Assembly (NCBI GenBank): GCA_937925515.1
Contig: CALALP010000044.1
Span: 5,184-69,183, forward strand
Direction of reading: 5' to 3'
Length of the DNA stretch: 64,000 bases
From: an uncultured Lachnoanaerobaculum sp.
GTDB lineage: Bacteria; Bacillota; Clostridia; Lachnospirales; Lachnospiraceae
Under the pieces are notes generated by a model. That model did no database searches. It worked only from the letters and a program-made list of their open reading frames with translations, and had not been told where the DNA came from. Position 1 is the stretch's first letter; every line of letters begins with the position of its first letter. This document shows, one piece after another, positions 18,167 through 28,734 of this stretch. The position numbers and the translations under genes are program-made.

Positions 18167-18790
18167 TTATCTTGTAATATTATACTTATCTGCAAATATA
18201 ACTGCATTTACTCTATTATTTAATGATAATTTGCCTAAGATATTGCTAATATGTTTTTTTACAGTTCCCTCTGAAATCATAAGATTTTCAGCAATCATCG
18301 CATTGGTATAGCCCTCTCTTAAAAGAGCTAAAACTTCTATTTCTCTTTCAGTTAAACTTTTAATAAGTTTCTCTTCCTCAGACATACTATTTACACTCTC
18401 TAAAAGACTTTGGGAATAAAATTTACCTCCTTTATCAACTACATTTAAACCATATACAAGTTCTTCTATAAAGGCATCCTTTAAAACGTAGGCATCTACT
18501 CCTAGTTCTCTTGCCCTTAAAAAATCACTCTTTTTAGAGGAACTTGTTATCATAAAAATTTTCATTTTGTGTTGAGCTTTTTTTATTTTCTCTAAAAAAT
18601 CAAATCCACTTTCATTGTTTAGATATAAGTCTAAAAAAGCCATTTCAATATCATTCTTTTTTGTCATCTCTAGTGCTTGTGCTACTGAACTTGTAACTAA
18701 TATGTCCATTTCAGGTCTACAACTTTTTAATATTGTAACAAGCCCTTGTGCCACAACCGGATGATCGTCCAAAATCAAGTTCATAACCAA
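18167..18790 (-). CDS. NarL/LuxR-family response regulator
   Basis: Receiver domain (LDDHP..D..L) plus C-terminal LuxR HTH (EREIEVLALLREGYTNAMIAENLMISEGTVKKHISNIL). Confidence 0.85.
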   Translation of the reverse strand: MVMNLILDDHPVVAQGLVTILKSCRPEMDILVTSSVAQALEMTKKNDIEMAFLDLYLNNESGFDFLEKIKKAQHKMKIFMITSSSKKSDFLRARELGVDAYVLKDAFIEELVYGLNVVDKGGKFYSQSLLESVNSMSEEEKLIKSLTEREIEVLALLREGYTNAMIAENLMISEGTVKKHISNILGKLSLNNRVNAVIFADKYNITR

Positions 18791-18799
18791 ATCTCCTTA

Positions 18800-20407
18800 T
18801 CACTCTTGGGGTAATGTCAGTCTTACTGCAACTCCTCCTGCTTTTATCGTTTCAATCAAAATACTGCCCTTTATAAGGTTAGCCATTCTTTTCATGTTTC
18901 TTAATCCATTACCACCTACTTTTTCTTTTTTATTTTTAAAGCCACAACCGTCATCAACAATATTGACCTTTACTTTCTTATCTTCACAAGAAATATAAAC
19001 ATCTATATTGTGTGCATTTCCATGACGTACAGCATTATTTATAGCCTCACAAACAACTCTATATATAACAATTTTCTTAGATGACTGAAGTAAATCTATG
19101 TCATCATCCATTTTAAAATTAATATTTACACTATTAAGCTTTGAAACTTCGCTTATATAAAGAGAAATTCTTTTTCTGAAAAACTCCTCACTTTCATCTT
19201 CAAATCTATTGCCATAGATTGTTTCCCTTAATTCAGTCATAGTAAGTTGAGTAGATTTATTTAGCTCCTTAATTTTACTTTTAATAGATTCATCTTCTAA
19301 GGACTCTAAATTTAATTCAAGACTTTTAAGACTGCAAGAAATACCGAAAAGCTTTTGTATTGTAGTATCATGAATTTCATCTGCAATCCTATTTTTCTCT
19401 TCACTACTGATATATTTTTCCATATGGTCATGCATATCCATATTTTTAAATATTATCTCAATAAGTCTTAAATAGAATTTTTCTTTTTCAGTGTATTCTT
19501 CCTCAATTTTCTTTCTTACAATTATTCCACATATTGAAACTTCATCTCCTATTGGAATAATTTCATAAATTTCAGAATCAATCCTCTTTACAATTTTTTC
19601 AAATTTACGACTATCTAAACAATATGCTGAAATGTATTGCACAAAATACGAAACTTTGTCAGACTCAATGTCAGAACTTGAAACTTCAACTATCGTACCC
19701 TCTACATCTAATTTCATTAATATAAGCCCCTTTGTAGCTATTGTCTTTTTTAAAATATCAGATAATAGGCTAACTATCTTCTCCGGGTCTTTCATTGCTA
19801 ATATATCAAATGTTTCATAAATATTAGACAACTGTAACAAGGCATATTCACTTCTTTCATTTTCATAACTTATTTTCTTATATAACTGTGAAAGTTCCTC
19901 TCTCTGCCCTCTAATTTTATCAAAATTAATTTTTAAGATAAAGAAACTTCCAAGAGTCATACCGACACCTGCAACTATGTTTAGCTTAAGCCTTAGTATT
20001 GTATCAAAATCTGATATACCTGACCATGCACAAAATAAACACCATGCACTTCCAAAAAATATAAAAGAGAAATCTTCCTTTCTGTTCATTACAACAAGCA
20101 AACAACAAACGTAATACCATAAATATGTACTTGAAAAACCACCACTGGTATATACAAATATACCATAGGCAAAAAGCTCAAATACAAGTGTAAGTCTTGT
20201 TAAAACAACCTGTTCCTCAAGAGCATCATACATATAATTTCCTAAAAAACAAGCTATACCCATACCTATTATTATTAGGAAATTTTGTATGGCTATTTGA
20301 GAATAAAAATCTTCTACCAAAATATACAGTATAGAAGTAAATATATAAACAGCTATTCTATAATTCTTACATAAATCAATAAAACTATCACTATCACTAA
20401 TTCTCAC
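18800..20407 (-). CDS. Membrane sensor histidine kinase (HisKA_3/NarL-partner type)
   Basis: N-terminal multi-TM sensor; H-box EIHDTTIQKLFG; HATPase_c (NNAVRHGNA ... DDGCGF ... GNGLRNM). Confidence 0.8.
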   Translation of the reverse strand: MRISDSDSFIDLCKNYRIAVYIFTSILYILVEDFYSQIAIQNFLIIIGMGIACFLGNYMYDALEEQVVLTRLTLVFELFAYGIFVYTSGGFSSTYLWYYVCCLLVVMNRKEDFSFIFFGSAWCLFCAWSGISDFDTILRLKLNIVAGVGMTLGSFFILKINFDKIRGQREELSQLYKKISYENERSEYALLQLSNIYETFDILAMKDPEKIVSLLSDILKKTIATKGLILMKLDVEGTIVEVSSSDIESDKVSYFVQYISAYCLDSRKFEKIVKRIDSEIYEIIPIGDEVSICGIIVRKKIEEEYTEKEKFYLRLIEIIFKNMDMHDHMEKYISSEEKNRIADEIHDTTIQKLFGISCSLKSLELNLESLEDESIKSKIKELNKSTQLTMTELRETIYGNRFEDESEEFFRKRISLYISEVSKLNSVNINFKMDDDIDLLQSSKKIVIYRVVCEAINNAVRHGNAHNIDVYISCEDKKVKVNIVDDGCGFKNKKEKVGGNGLRNMKRMANLIKGSILIETIKAGGVAVRLTLPQE

Positions 20408-20427
20408 TTCTCACTCCAAATGGTCAA

Positions 20428-21003
20428 TTATTTAATAACAATATAAGATTGTCCATCTCCTGTTACAATATCATGCTTGTCATGAACAATTTCTCCATTT
20501 TTTCCGGTTGCATAAATGATATTGCCCTCTGTGGTAATCCTTGCCTTACCTGTTACTTCTACAATCTTTGCTTTTCCTTTTATCTTTGAAATTAAAGTTT
20601 CATCTGAAATTTGTAATGATTGGTAGTTGTCCTTATCAGCTATTTTAATATTGGTAAAGTTTAGGCTATCATCTTGTGAATCATGTGCAAACTCTAAAAG
20701 TGCTAAAGTGTTAGCATAGGAAAAAATAAGTTCTGCTTTTCCGTCTTTAACGCTTGCTTTTTCTAAAATAACTCCCTCTGTTCCTGTCTTATTATTATAC
20801 TCATTTACTTCATTTTGAGCAAATTCCTTTAACCCTTCGGTTGTGTACTGTTCCTTATCTAATTCGCCTATTAAAGCACTTTTAAAAGTGCCGTCTTTTT
20901 TTATGTATAATCCACTTTCAACAGGATTAAACTTATGTGAAAATGCTCCACATGAAGTAAGAAATAAAATAGATGCTAATGCTAAAGTTAAAAATCTTTT
21001 CAT
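20428..21003 (-). CDS. Lipoprotein, unknown function
   Basis: Signal peptide plus lipobox LTSCGA. Confidence 0.5.
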   Translation of the reverse strand: MKRFLTLALASILFLTSCGAFSHKFNPVESGLYIKKDGTFKSALIGELDKEQYTTEGLKEFAQNEVNEYNNKTGTEGVILEKASVKDGKAELIFSYANTLALLEFAHDSQDDSLNFTNIKIADKDNYQSLQISDETLISKIKGKAKIVEVTGKARITTEGNIIYATGKNGEIVHDKHDIVTGDGQSYIVIK

Positions 21004-21100
21004 TATGTCCCCCTACAACTATTAGTGTTAAATTAGAACCAAGATTTTGATAGGCTTAAACAAAATAACTCAGTCTATTATATAATATACTAAATTATTT

Positions 21101-21751
21101 TCAAGTGCAAACAATATTTAAGATTTCCAAAGAATTAATTTGTTTCGTAACCCTATCTCTTAATAATTTATCAACAACTTCACTAAATTCGTCATTAATC
21201 TCTCTTTTTAAGCTAAATGTAAACAATTTCTCTACCGGAGTAGTAAGTACATAATTGATTGCAAATATTGTAGATTCGTTCATCTTTTCATTTTCTAGGT
21301 TTTCATAATCTCCATTTTCAGACATCATTCTAAGTTCAAAAATTCTTCGCACCAATTTATTTTCAAGAGAGGGCTTTAAAATTGCCAGTAAGGCACAGTA
21401 TAATAGTTTTAAAGTAGGAACATCAATTACATACTCTCTTGTATAATAATCTGTAAGTTCCAAAAAATATGCTCCATAACAAGTACTTTCCATGTCCTTT
21501 GTTATTTCCTCAAAATAATTAACTATAACAGCTGATTGTAGATTATAGGAGTTTCTATTTTCATAAATCTTAAATTTTCCATATAGAAACTCCCTTGAAA
21601 TTCCCATAAAACTACTGCCCTGCTTTCTTGCACCATTTACAAATACATAAATTTTACCTTTTTCCAATGTGAGTATTGTTATAAGTCGATCATATTCTGC
21701 CACTACCTTACTTTTTATAATCATTCCATTTACTTCTATAATTTTGCTCAC
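21101..21751 (-). CDS. recO: DNA repair protein RecO
   Basis: 216 aa directly downstream of era (conserved era-recO pair); RecO-like N-terminal OB region. Confidence 0.6.
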   Translation of the reverse strand: MSKIIEVNGMIIKSKVVAEYDRLITILTLEKGKIYVFVNGARKQGSSFMGISREFLYGKFKIYENRNSYNLQSAVIVNYFEEITKDMESTCYGAYFLELTDYYTREYVIDVPTLKLLYCALLAILKPSLENKLVRRIFELRMMSENGDYENLENEKMNESTIFAINYVLTTPVEKLFTFSLKREINDEFSEVVDKLLRDRVTKQINSLEILNIVCT

Positions 21752-21763
21752 ATCTACTCCTAA

Positions 21764-22687
21764 CTAATTCTCTCTATATCCAAAATTTTTCATTTGTATA
21801 TCTGAATCTCTCCAATCTTTCCTTACCTTAACCCAAAGTTTTAGATTTACCTTTGACTGCGTTAAATCTTCAATATCTTTTCTGGCAGCAGTACCTATTT
21901 TCTTTAACATACTGCCACCACTACCTATAATAATCTTTTTGTGTGCCTCTCTTTCACACACAATGTCTGCCTCTACATTTAAAACTGTATTTTTACCTTT
22001 TTTCATGCTAAGAACTTCAACTGCAATTCCATGTGGTATCTCATCTTTCATAAGTCTAAGTGCCTTTTCTCGTATAAGTTCGGCACAAATCTGCCTGACA
22101 GGCTGATCTGTAACTGTTTCCTCGTCATAATACAAAGGCCCTACATTCAAATGTTCAAATAAAACTTTTAAAAGTTCATCTAAGTTTTTATTATCCTTAG
22201 CACTTATAGGTACTATTGCCGCAAATTCCCTCAAAGAATTAAATTTTGCTATAATACTTAAAACTTCATCTTTATTTTTTAAAATATCCATTTTATTTAT
22301 AGCTAAAATTATAGGTTTTTTTATAGTTGCAAGCATTTCAAGTATATACTCCTCTTTTTCTCCGATGAAGTCATTTGCCTCTACAATCCAAAGTATAATG
22401 TCTACATCATTTAATGTATGCTTTACAACCCCTACCATATATTCGCCCAGCTTATTTTTTGCCTTATGAACCCCCGGAGTATCCAAAAATACAATCTGCC
22501 CTCTTTCATCTGTATATACAGTTTGTATCTTATTTCTTGTGGTTTGAGGTTTATTTGAAGTTATTGCAATTTTTTGCCCTATCAATGTATTCATTAAAGT
22601 AGATTTACCAACATTTGGCCTACCTACCAAAGCTACAAAACCTGATTTTTTATTTTCTGTTGTTTCCATTTCACTCCTATTATTCAT
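21764..22687 (-). CDS. era: GTPase Era
   Basis: G1 GRPNVGKST, G3 DTPG, NKMD, C-terminal KH domain. Confidence 0.9.
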   Translation of the reverse strand: MNNRSEMETTENKKSGFVALVGRPNVGKSTLMNTLIGQKIAITSNKPQTTRNKIQTVYTDERGQIVFLDTPGVHKAKNKLGEYMVGVVKHTLNDVDIILWIVEANDFIGEKEEYILEMLATIKKPIILAINKMDILKNKDEVLSIIAKFNSLREFAAIVPISAKDNKNLDELLKVLFEHLNVGPLYYDEETVTDQPVRQICAELIREKALRLMKDEIPHGIAVEVLSMKKGKNTVLNVEADIVCEREAHKKIIIGSGGSMLKKIGTAARKDIEDLTQSKVNLKLWVKVRKDWRDSDIQMKNFGYREN

Positions 22688-25616
22688 TATATAAAGACTC
22701 TACTTTAGTGTCATTTTCTACATCTTCTTGTATTTTCTTATCATTTCCTATAACTACTTTATAGATATCACTAAAGATTGAACTTACAAGTGAATATAAA
22801 TTTCTTATGTCCTCTGAAGTTGCATCTAAAATTTCATCTCTCTCTTTTTGAATTTCTTCATTTGAAATTTCACTCATGTATGCTAAAAATCCTCTACTTC
22901 CTTTCATTGACGGTGTAAGAGGTGTATCTAATTCACTAATTGCACCTATTATACTCTTAGTCATCTCTCTTTCATCTGCATCAAAGTTCTTTACATATTC
23001 AGGAATATTTTCATATGCCTTATATGTTTCTGATATATTAGGATCTCTGTATGAAGTAAAGCCTGAACCTCCACTTTTTGCAAATATTGCCGCACAACCA
23101 TAAGCATTTCCCTTAACTCTTATTAAATTCCATAAATAATCATAACTTAAAAGATTTTTAAGTATCCTAAGAACTCCTGTATACTTAAAGCCATGCTCCT
23201 TAAAATCTCCATATCTGGCAACATAATTTATTAAAGATGAACTTGTAAATGCCTCATTAATGCCGTTTACTTTCTCAAATACAAAGCCGTTTCCCCTAAT
23301 TGCAGTTTCAGGCATATCTGCTACAAAATCAGTTGCTGACTTTTCAAATAACTTAAAACCATTTTCATCACTTGTAACTGATAAAATTAAATTATCTGCT
23401 GTAAATATTTTTTTAGAAATATCATTTAATTTAAATAAAAGAGATTCTACTTCATTTTCAAAGTCCAAATATAATTTTTCTAAGAATTTATAAAAAGAAA
23501 TTCCTGAGGTAAGTTCTCTAAAATAAGACTCCTTAGCAGCAAATGAGGCGGCTCTTGTAAGTGCATTTATATGACCTGCTGAAAGCAAGCTATCTTTCAT
23601 TGTTGCCTTTGCCTCTCCTACAATTTCCTTAATTCTCTTTTTATCTTCAAACTTTGAAAAGTATAATATCTCCTTAATTATTTCAAATGCCTTTTTTGTG
23701 TTTTCATATAGTACCTTTATATTTGTTGAAAATGTATACTTTGTTTTGCTACTATCATTAGAATTTGAATAACAATCAAGTGAAAATGCAATTCCTCCAA
23801 GGTAGAGATTTGAGAGTGTTGAAAGACTTGAATAAGTATAATTTTTTGTATCCACTCTCTTAAACACCAATTTTAAAAAGTTTAAGTAAGGTAACTCCTC
23901 TTTTGTAAGTGTAGAAACATCAAATGAAAGTTTTATATAGCTTATTCCTGAAGTAAATGTATCTACATGTATGGTCTTTACATCTTTAATTTTCTTTTCA
24001 GTCCAAAATGGTAGATTTGCCTTTCTATCAATATCTTCTCGTTTTAATAAAGGAATTTTTTCTAAATCTTCTTTTGTACTTTTTTCATCTTGAAATTCTT
24101 CTAGCTCTACAGTGGCTTTAATAAATTCAGCTTTTTCCTCATCTGATAAACTGTTTTTCTTTTTCTCAAGTAAGTTCTTTAACTTATCATCTTCTTTTGC
24201 AGCAAGTCCCATTACAGGTTTTAATGTAATGACAGCCTCATGAGTATTATCCAAAAGATATTCATTTATCAATTCTTCAAAATAATTTGTATCTATTTTT
24301 TCTCTAAGTTCCTTATAAACATTTTCAAATCTTATATTCATACAAGGTTCTTCATCATAAAGCCAAGAATGAAATATATTCATTACATATATGAGTCCTC
24401 TTGGATAGCCTCCAAAGTCTGCCTCTCTTTCTCTAAACTCAGAAACATTTATAGCTGCTAAGAGTTCCTCTTTATTAAGACCATTGTTTGCAAGTTTCCT
24501 TAGAGTTCCCTTTATAACTGTCATAAACTCTGCTTTTTGCTCTACATTTGCATTTTTGGCTGTTACATTAAAACTTGGAAATTTAATTGAGTCATCAAAA
24601 TCTCCACTTATATCCTCTCCTATTCCTGCTGCAATCAACGCCTCTTTTATATATGCCCCTGTTTTACCTGTAAGGATATATTCAAGTATTTTCATTGCCT
24701 TATTTTTAATAGGGTCAAATGCACAATCAGTTAAAACGCTCCATGAAAGGTAGGAGGCATTTTCCTCGCTCTCCCCCTCTGAAATAGAATACTCATACTC
24801 AAAATTTCTAGTTTCTTTCCAAATTTTAATATCTTTAATTGTAGAATCTATTTCCAAATATTCAAATAATGATAAATATTCTCTGTCTATATATTCAAGT
24901 TTTTCATACATATCCATATCTCCATACAGATATATAAATGAATTTGTTGGATGATAATATTTTCTATGAAAATCAAGGAACTTCTCATAAGTTAGGCTTG
25001 GAATAACTTTCGGTTCTCCACCTGAATCTTCTCCATAAGAATGTCCCTCATATAATGCCTTATTTAAAACGCTGTCTAAAACACCGTCCCCTGAGGAATA
25101 AACACCTTTCATTTCATTGTACACTACTCCTGAATATGTAAGAGGAGATTTTTCATCTTTAAGTTCATAATGCCAGCCCTCTTGCAAAAAGAATTTTTCC
25201 TCTTTATAAATGTTTGGAAAAAATACTGCATCTAAGTATACGTCCATTAAGTTTTGAAAATCTTTATCATTGCAACTTGCCACAGGATAGATTGTTTTAT
25301 CAGGAAATGTTATCGCATTTAAAAAAGTATTTAAAGAACCTTTTACAAGCTCTATAAACGGATCTTTTACAGGGTACTTTCTTGAACCACATAAAACAGT
25401 GTGTTCTACTATATGTGCCGCTCCAGTTGAATCTAAACTTGGAGTTCTAAAACCTATTGTAAATACTTTATTATTATCTTCATTTGGTAAAACTAAAATT
25501 CTTGCCTTAGTCTTAGTATGCTCTAAGGTTATTACGTCTGAATTTATTTCATTTACAAATACCTTATCTAAGACTTTATATGCCTTTAAATCATCTAAAT
25601 TTTTTATTTTGTTCAT
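22680..25616 (-). CDS. M16 (insulinase/PreP-like, M16C) zinc metallopeptidase
   Basis: 978 aa; inverted zinc motif HIVEH near the N-terminus; size typical of M16C. Confidence 0.7.
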   Translation of the reverse strand: MNKIKNLDDLKAYKVLDKVFVNEINSDVITLEHTKTKARILVLPNEDNNKVFTIGFRTPSLDSTGAAHIVEHTVLCGSRKYPVKDPFIELVKGSLNTFLNAITFPDKTIYPVASCNDKDFQNLMDVYLDAVFFPNIYKEEKFFLQEGWHYELKDEKSPLTYSGVVYNEMKGVYSSGDGVLDSVLNKALYEGHSYGEDSGGEPKVIPSLTYEKFLDFHRKYYHPTNSFIYLYGDMDMYEKLEYIDREYLSLFEYLEIDSTIKDIKIWKETRNFEYEYSISEGESEENASYLSWSVLTDCAFDPIKNKAMKILEYILTGKTGAYIKEALIAAGIGEDISGDFDDSIKFPSFNVTAKNANVEQKAEFMTVIKGTLRKLANNGLNKEELLAAINVSEFREREADFGGYPRGLIYVMNIFHSWLYDEEPCMNIRFENVYKELREKIDTNYFEELINEYLLDNTHEAVITLKPVMGLAAKEDDKLKNLLEKKKNSLSDEEKAEFIKATVELEEFQDEKSTKEDLEKIPLLKREDIDRKANLPFWTEKKIKDVKTIHVDTFTSGISYIKLSFDVSTLTKEELPYLNFLKLVFKRVDTKNYTYSSLSTLSNLYLGGIAFSLDCYSNSNDSSKTKYTFSTNIKVLYENTKKAFEIIKEILYFSKFEDKKRIKEIVGEAKATMKDSLLSAGHINALTRAASFAAKESYFRELTSGISFYKFLEKLYLDFENEVESLLFKLNDISKKIFTADNLILSVTSDENGFKLFEKSATDFVADMPETAIRGNGFVFEKVNGINEAFTSSSLINYVARYGDFKEHGFKYTGVLRILKNLLSYDYLWNLIRVKGNAYGCAAIFAKSGGSGFTSYRDPNISETYKAYENIPEYVKNFDADEREMTKSIIGAISELDTPLTPSMKGSRGFLAYMSEISNEEIQKERDEILDATSEDIRNLYSLVSSIFSDIYKVVIGNDKKIQEDVENDTKVESLYNE

Positions 25617-26449
25617 TATAAATACCCCATAAATTTATCTTTTAATATCATAAATGTTTCTTTAAGTGTAAAATGTGGATATAGCCATATATCACTTCTC
25701 GAGGAAAATGTATCCCATTGTCTATATCTTTTTTTGTTAATAAATAATTTAACCCTACAAGCACTTATATCATTTGTAATAAGCCCTATGGCAAGTGGTT
25801 TTTCTTCTTCTGCTATATAAACAGGGCCTGCATTTATTGCCATAGCCTCTGAAAACTCCTTTCGCCTTTCTTTTACAACTCTTGCAATAAGTGCATTTGA
25901 ATAAATTATACTTTCTCTTGTGTTTTTTGATTGGATTTCTACCAAAATAAGGTCAGGGTCTACTCCCCTATCTACAAGATAACTTGCCATATATTCAGCA
26001 TAAGAAACATTACTTTCCTCTGCCTTTCCTCCTGATAAAACTATATTTGTTTCTGAATTTCCACTTACATAATCCATTACCTTATTAAGTATGTATTCAG
26101 TAGTTTTATCAAGATTTCTTTCATTAAAATCAGGCTCTAAAATAACTAAATAGTCTATATTTGGCTTAATATCTCTTTTTATACTCATAATAATTAAAGC
26201 ATTAATAAAGAAATATATAAAAATACCCACCGTGGTTACAGTGTACATACTCACTAATAACCACAATGGTACTTTCCTATTTTTATTATACTTTCTTTGA
26301 ATAAAACTTATAAGTAAAAAAAACAAAGAAAGAAAAAGCCACATTAAGTAATATATGTCAAAATCCTTATACATATTTAAAAATAGAAAATATATAAAAC
26401 AAATCGAAGAAAGTAAATCTGTAAAAAGTAACATCTTAAACTCCCACAA
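25616..26449 (-). CDS. Membrane protein with DUF218 (YdcF/ElyC-like) domain
   Basis: N-terminal TM segments plus C-terminal DUF218-like region (ILEPDF...LSGG). Confidence 0.45.
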   Translation of the reverse strand: MWEFKMLLFTDLLSSICFIYFLFLNMYKDFDIYYLMWLFLSLFFLLISFIQRKYNKNRKVPLWLLVSMYTVTTVGIFIYFFINALIIMSIKRDIKPNIDYLVILEPDFNERNLDKTTEYILNKVMDYVSGNSETNIVLSGGKAEESNVSYAEYMASYLVDRGVDPDLILVEIQSKNTRESIIYSNALIARVVKERRKEFSEAMAINAGPVYIAEEEKPLAIGLITNDISACRVKLFINKKRYRQWDTFSSRSDIWLYPHFTLKETFMILKDKFMGYL

Positions 26450-26452
26450 CTA

Positions 26453-27682
26453 CTAGGTTGCTTTTGCTCTTAGTATATCTCCCTTTGTAAACTTTGTATC
26501 TCCAAGGTCAATCCAAATCATCTGTCTTGAATGAGGTGCACTTTCAATAGCATTTCCGTCTATATCATACATTGCATTTACTTTCAAAGGAATATTTATT
26601 CCTCTTCTATCCATAAGTTCAACCTCATCTCCAACTGAAAACTTATTTTTTTGCTCTATAAGTACCTTGTTTTTTTCATCTATCTTTTCTACTCTACCTA
26701 TATATTTATAATTTGTTACATAAACATTATTATCATAAATTTGTGAATCACTTGTTGCCTTACCAAAGAAAAATCCTGTTGTAAATGCTCTCGTAGTACA
26801 TTTTCCAATCTCATTTTTATACCACTCTAAGTTTTCCTCATATAACTTTGGACTCTTTAAGTAATCATCTATTGCTTTTCTATAAGTTCTTGCAACAGTT
26901 GCAACATATAAAGAGGTCTTTGTTCTTCCCTCAATTTTAAAGCTGTCAATACCTGCATCAATAAGTGCCGGAATATGCTCTATCATACATAAATCTTTTG
27001 AATTAAATATATATGTACCTCGTTCATCTTCATAAATAGGCATATACTCTCCGGGGCGTTTTTCTTCCACTACTGAATATTTCCACCTGCAAGGGTTGGT
27101 ACATTCTCCTTGGTTTGCATCTCTTCCTGTCATAAAGTTACTTAAAAGACATCTACCTGAATATGCCATACACATTGAACCATGTATAAAAGTTTCTATC
27201 TCCATTTTTTCAGGAATGTTTTCTCTTATCCCCTTTATCTCCTCTAAAGACAATTCTCTTGCAGTTACAACTCTACTTGCTCCAAGATTCCACCAAAAAT
27301 TATAGGTCGCATAATTGGTATTATTTGCCTGTGTACTGATATGTAAATCAATCCCCTCAAGTTCCTCTTTTGCAAGCATAAAAAGTCCGGGGTCGGAAAT
27401 TATAACTGCATCAGGTTTTATTTTATTTAATTCCTTAAAATATTCTCTTGCCTCATTTAAATCCATGTTATGAGCTGTAATATTTGCAGTTACAAATACT
27501 TTCTTGCCCTTTTCATGTGCATATTCCAAGCCTTTTTTCATTTCATCAAGTGAGAAATTTTTAGCTTTTGCACGAAGTCCTAAAAACTCTCCTCCAATGT
27601 AGACTGCATCTGCACCATAGTCCACTGCTGTAATAAGAACCTCTAAACTTCCTGCCGGAATCAATAATTCAATTTCCCTCAA
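26453..27682 (-). CDS. Peptidase U32 family protein (YrrN/YrrO-like)
   Basis: U32 signature E..IHGSMCMAYSGRCLLS; synteny with the O-methyltransferase as in Bacillus yrrMNO. Confidence 0.8.
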   Translation of the reverse strand: MREIELLIPAGSLEVLITAVDYGADAVYIGGEFLGLRAKAKNFSLDEMKKGLEYAHEKGKKVFVTANITAHNMDLNEAREYFKELNKIKPDAVIISDPGLFMLAKEELEGIDLHISTQANNTNYATYNFWWNLGASRVVTARELSLEEIKGIRENIPEKMEIETFIHGSMCMAYSGRCLLSNFMTGRDANQGECTNPCRWKYSVVEEKRPGEYMPIYEDERGTYIFNSKDLCMIEHIPALIDAGIDSFKIEGRTKTSLYVATVARTYRKAIDDYLKSPKLYEENLEWYKNEIGKCTTRAFTTGFFFGKATSDSQIYDNNVYVTNYKYIGRVEKIDEKNKVLIEQKNKFSVGDEVELMDRRGINIPLKVNAMYDIDGNAIESAPHSRQMIWIDLGDTKFTKGDILRAKAT

Positions 27683-27684
27683 AC

Positions 27685-28335
27685 TTACCTCCTCATAGAT
27701 AGTGCAATTCCGTCGCCTACCGGTAAAATCGCACTTGATAATAAATCATTATGTGTAATTTCATATAAATATTTTCTCATACGAGAGTATATGCTCCTGT
27801 TTCTTCTAACTAGTGCATATTTTGAACCTGCTACATCTCCGTCTTGTAACACATTATCCGATAAAAGTAAAGCATTACATTCCATTAATTTTAATATATC
27901 AGGTAGCCAATTTATATATTGTGCTTTGGCTGCGTCCATAAAAATAAAATCAAATTTCTTATTTTCTAAAACAAGCCTCTTTAAAATAGAGGCGGCATCT
28001 CCCTCAAGTAAATTAATTCTTTTGTTTAATGCCGCCCTTTTAATGTTTTCTTTTGCAAGTAAAATTCTAGGCTTAAATTTCTCAATAGTTGTGATAAATG
28101 TATCACTAGCAGTGTTTTCTGCCATTAGTATAGTTGAATAAGCAACTGCTGTACCTACTTCTAATATATTCTTAGGCTTTTTCATTTCCAATATAAACTT
28201 TAAAAAGCTTTCAGTGCTACGTCTTATTATAGGTACATCACTATTAACTGCCTCTTCTCTTATATCTTCACATAAGTCAGAATTATACTTTATTAAAGAT
28301 TCAATATAGCTTTCTGCCTTTAAATCTGTAATCAT
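27685..28335 (-). CDS. Class I SAM-dependent O-methyltransferase (YrrM/TrmR-like)
   Basis: Motif I ILEVGTAVAYS; family-3 O-MT size; synteny. Confidence 0.75.
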   Translation of the reverse strand: MITDLKAESYIESLIKYNSDLCEDIREEAVNSDVPIIRRSTESFLKFILEMKKPKNILEVGTAVAYSTILMAENTASDTFITTIEKFKPRILLAKENIKRAALNKRINLLEGDAASILKRLVLENKKFDFIFMDAAKAQYINWLPDILKLMECNALLLSDNVLQDGDVAGSKYALVRRNRSIYSRMRKYLYEITHNDLLSSAILPVGDGIALSMRR

Positions 28336-28733
28336 TAGCTTTTATTTTTTCCACCTAATTTATCTTTTGTAGTACCTGCATTTAACATTTCCAAAATCTT
28401 TCTCGAAGTTTGTGAAGTGTTAAATTTATATATCCCCGGTTCTATCTTAAAACCAAATACTTTTGATTGAATAGTAAAACTAAATTCATTGTTTATAAGT
28501 CCTTTTTCTTTAAGGTACAAAGCAGTAGAGCGAGCATCCATTCCCTGTCCTATGTTTACTTCTATTTCTCTTCCAGGTGGTGAGTCAACAGCTGAAGAAT
28601 AAAAAATGCTATGCCCTAGTCCATAAGACCAAGTTATACATCTTAAGAATAATAATGTTATAACTATATATACAACAATCCTAATAGACATTCCAAATAT
28701 AGAACTGCCGATATTAGCTCTACTTTTATTCAT
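28335..28733 (-). CDS. MltG/YceG-like N-terminal fragment (TM plus first domain only), possibly truncated
   Basis: 132 aa with TM; the TALYLKEKGLI...F...FKIEPGIYKF resembles the MltG N-domain; occupies the yrrL position. Full MltG is ~340 aa. Confidence 0.35.
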   Translation of the reverse strand: MNKSRANIGSSIFGMSIRIVVYIVITLLFLRCITWSYGLGHSIFYSSAVDSPPGREIEVNIGQGMDARSTALYLKEKGLINNEFSFTIQSKVFGFKIEPGIYKFNTSQTSRKILEMLNAGTTKDKLGGKNKS

Positions 28734-28734
28734 C

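Noticed and set aside
22414-22602. Small plus-strand ORFs inside era, the M16 peptidase gene and other housekeeping genes (e.g. 22876-23103, 24240-24461, 27096-27305, 28844-29209)
   Set aside because: Antisense to well-supported conserved genes; no independent signal.
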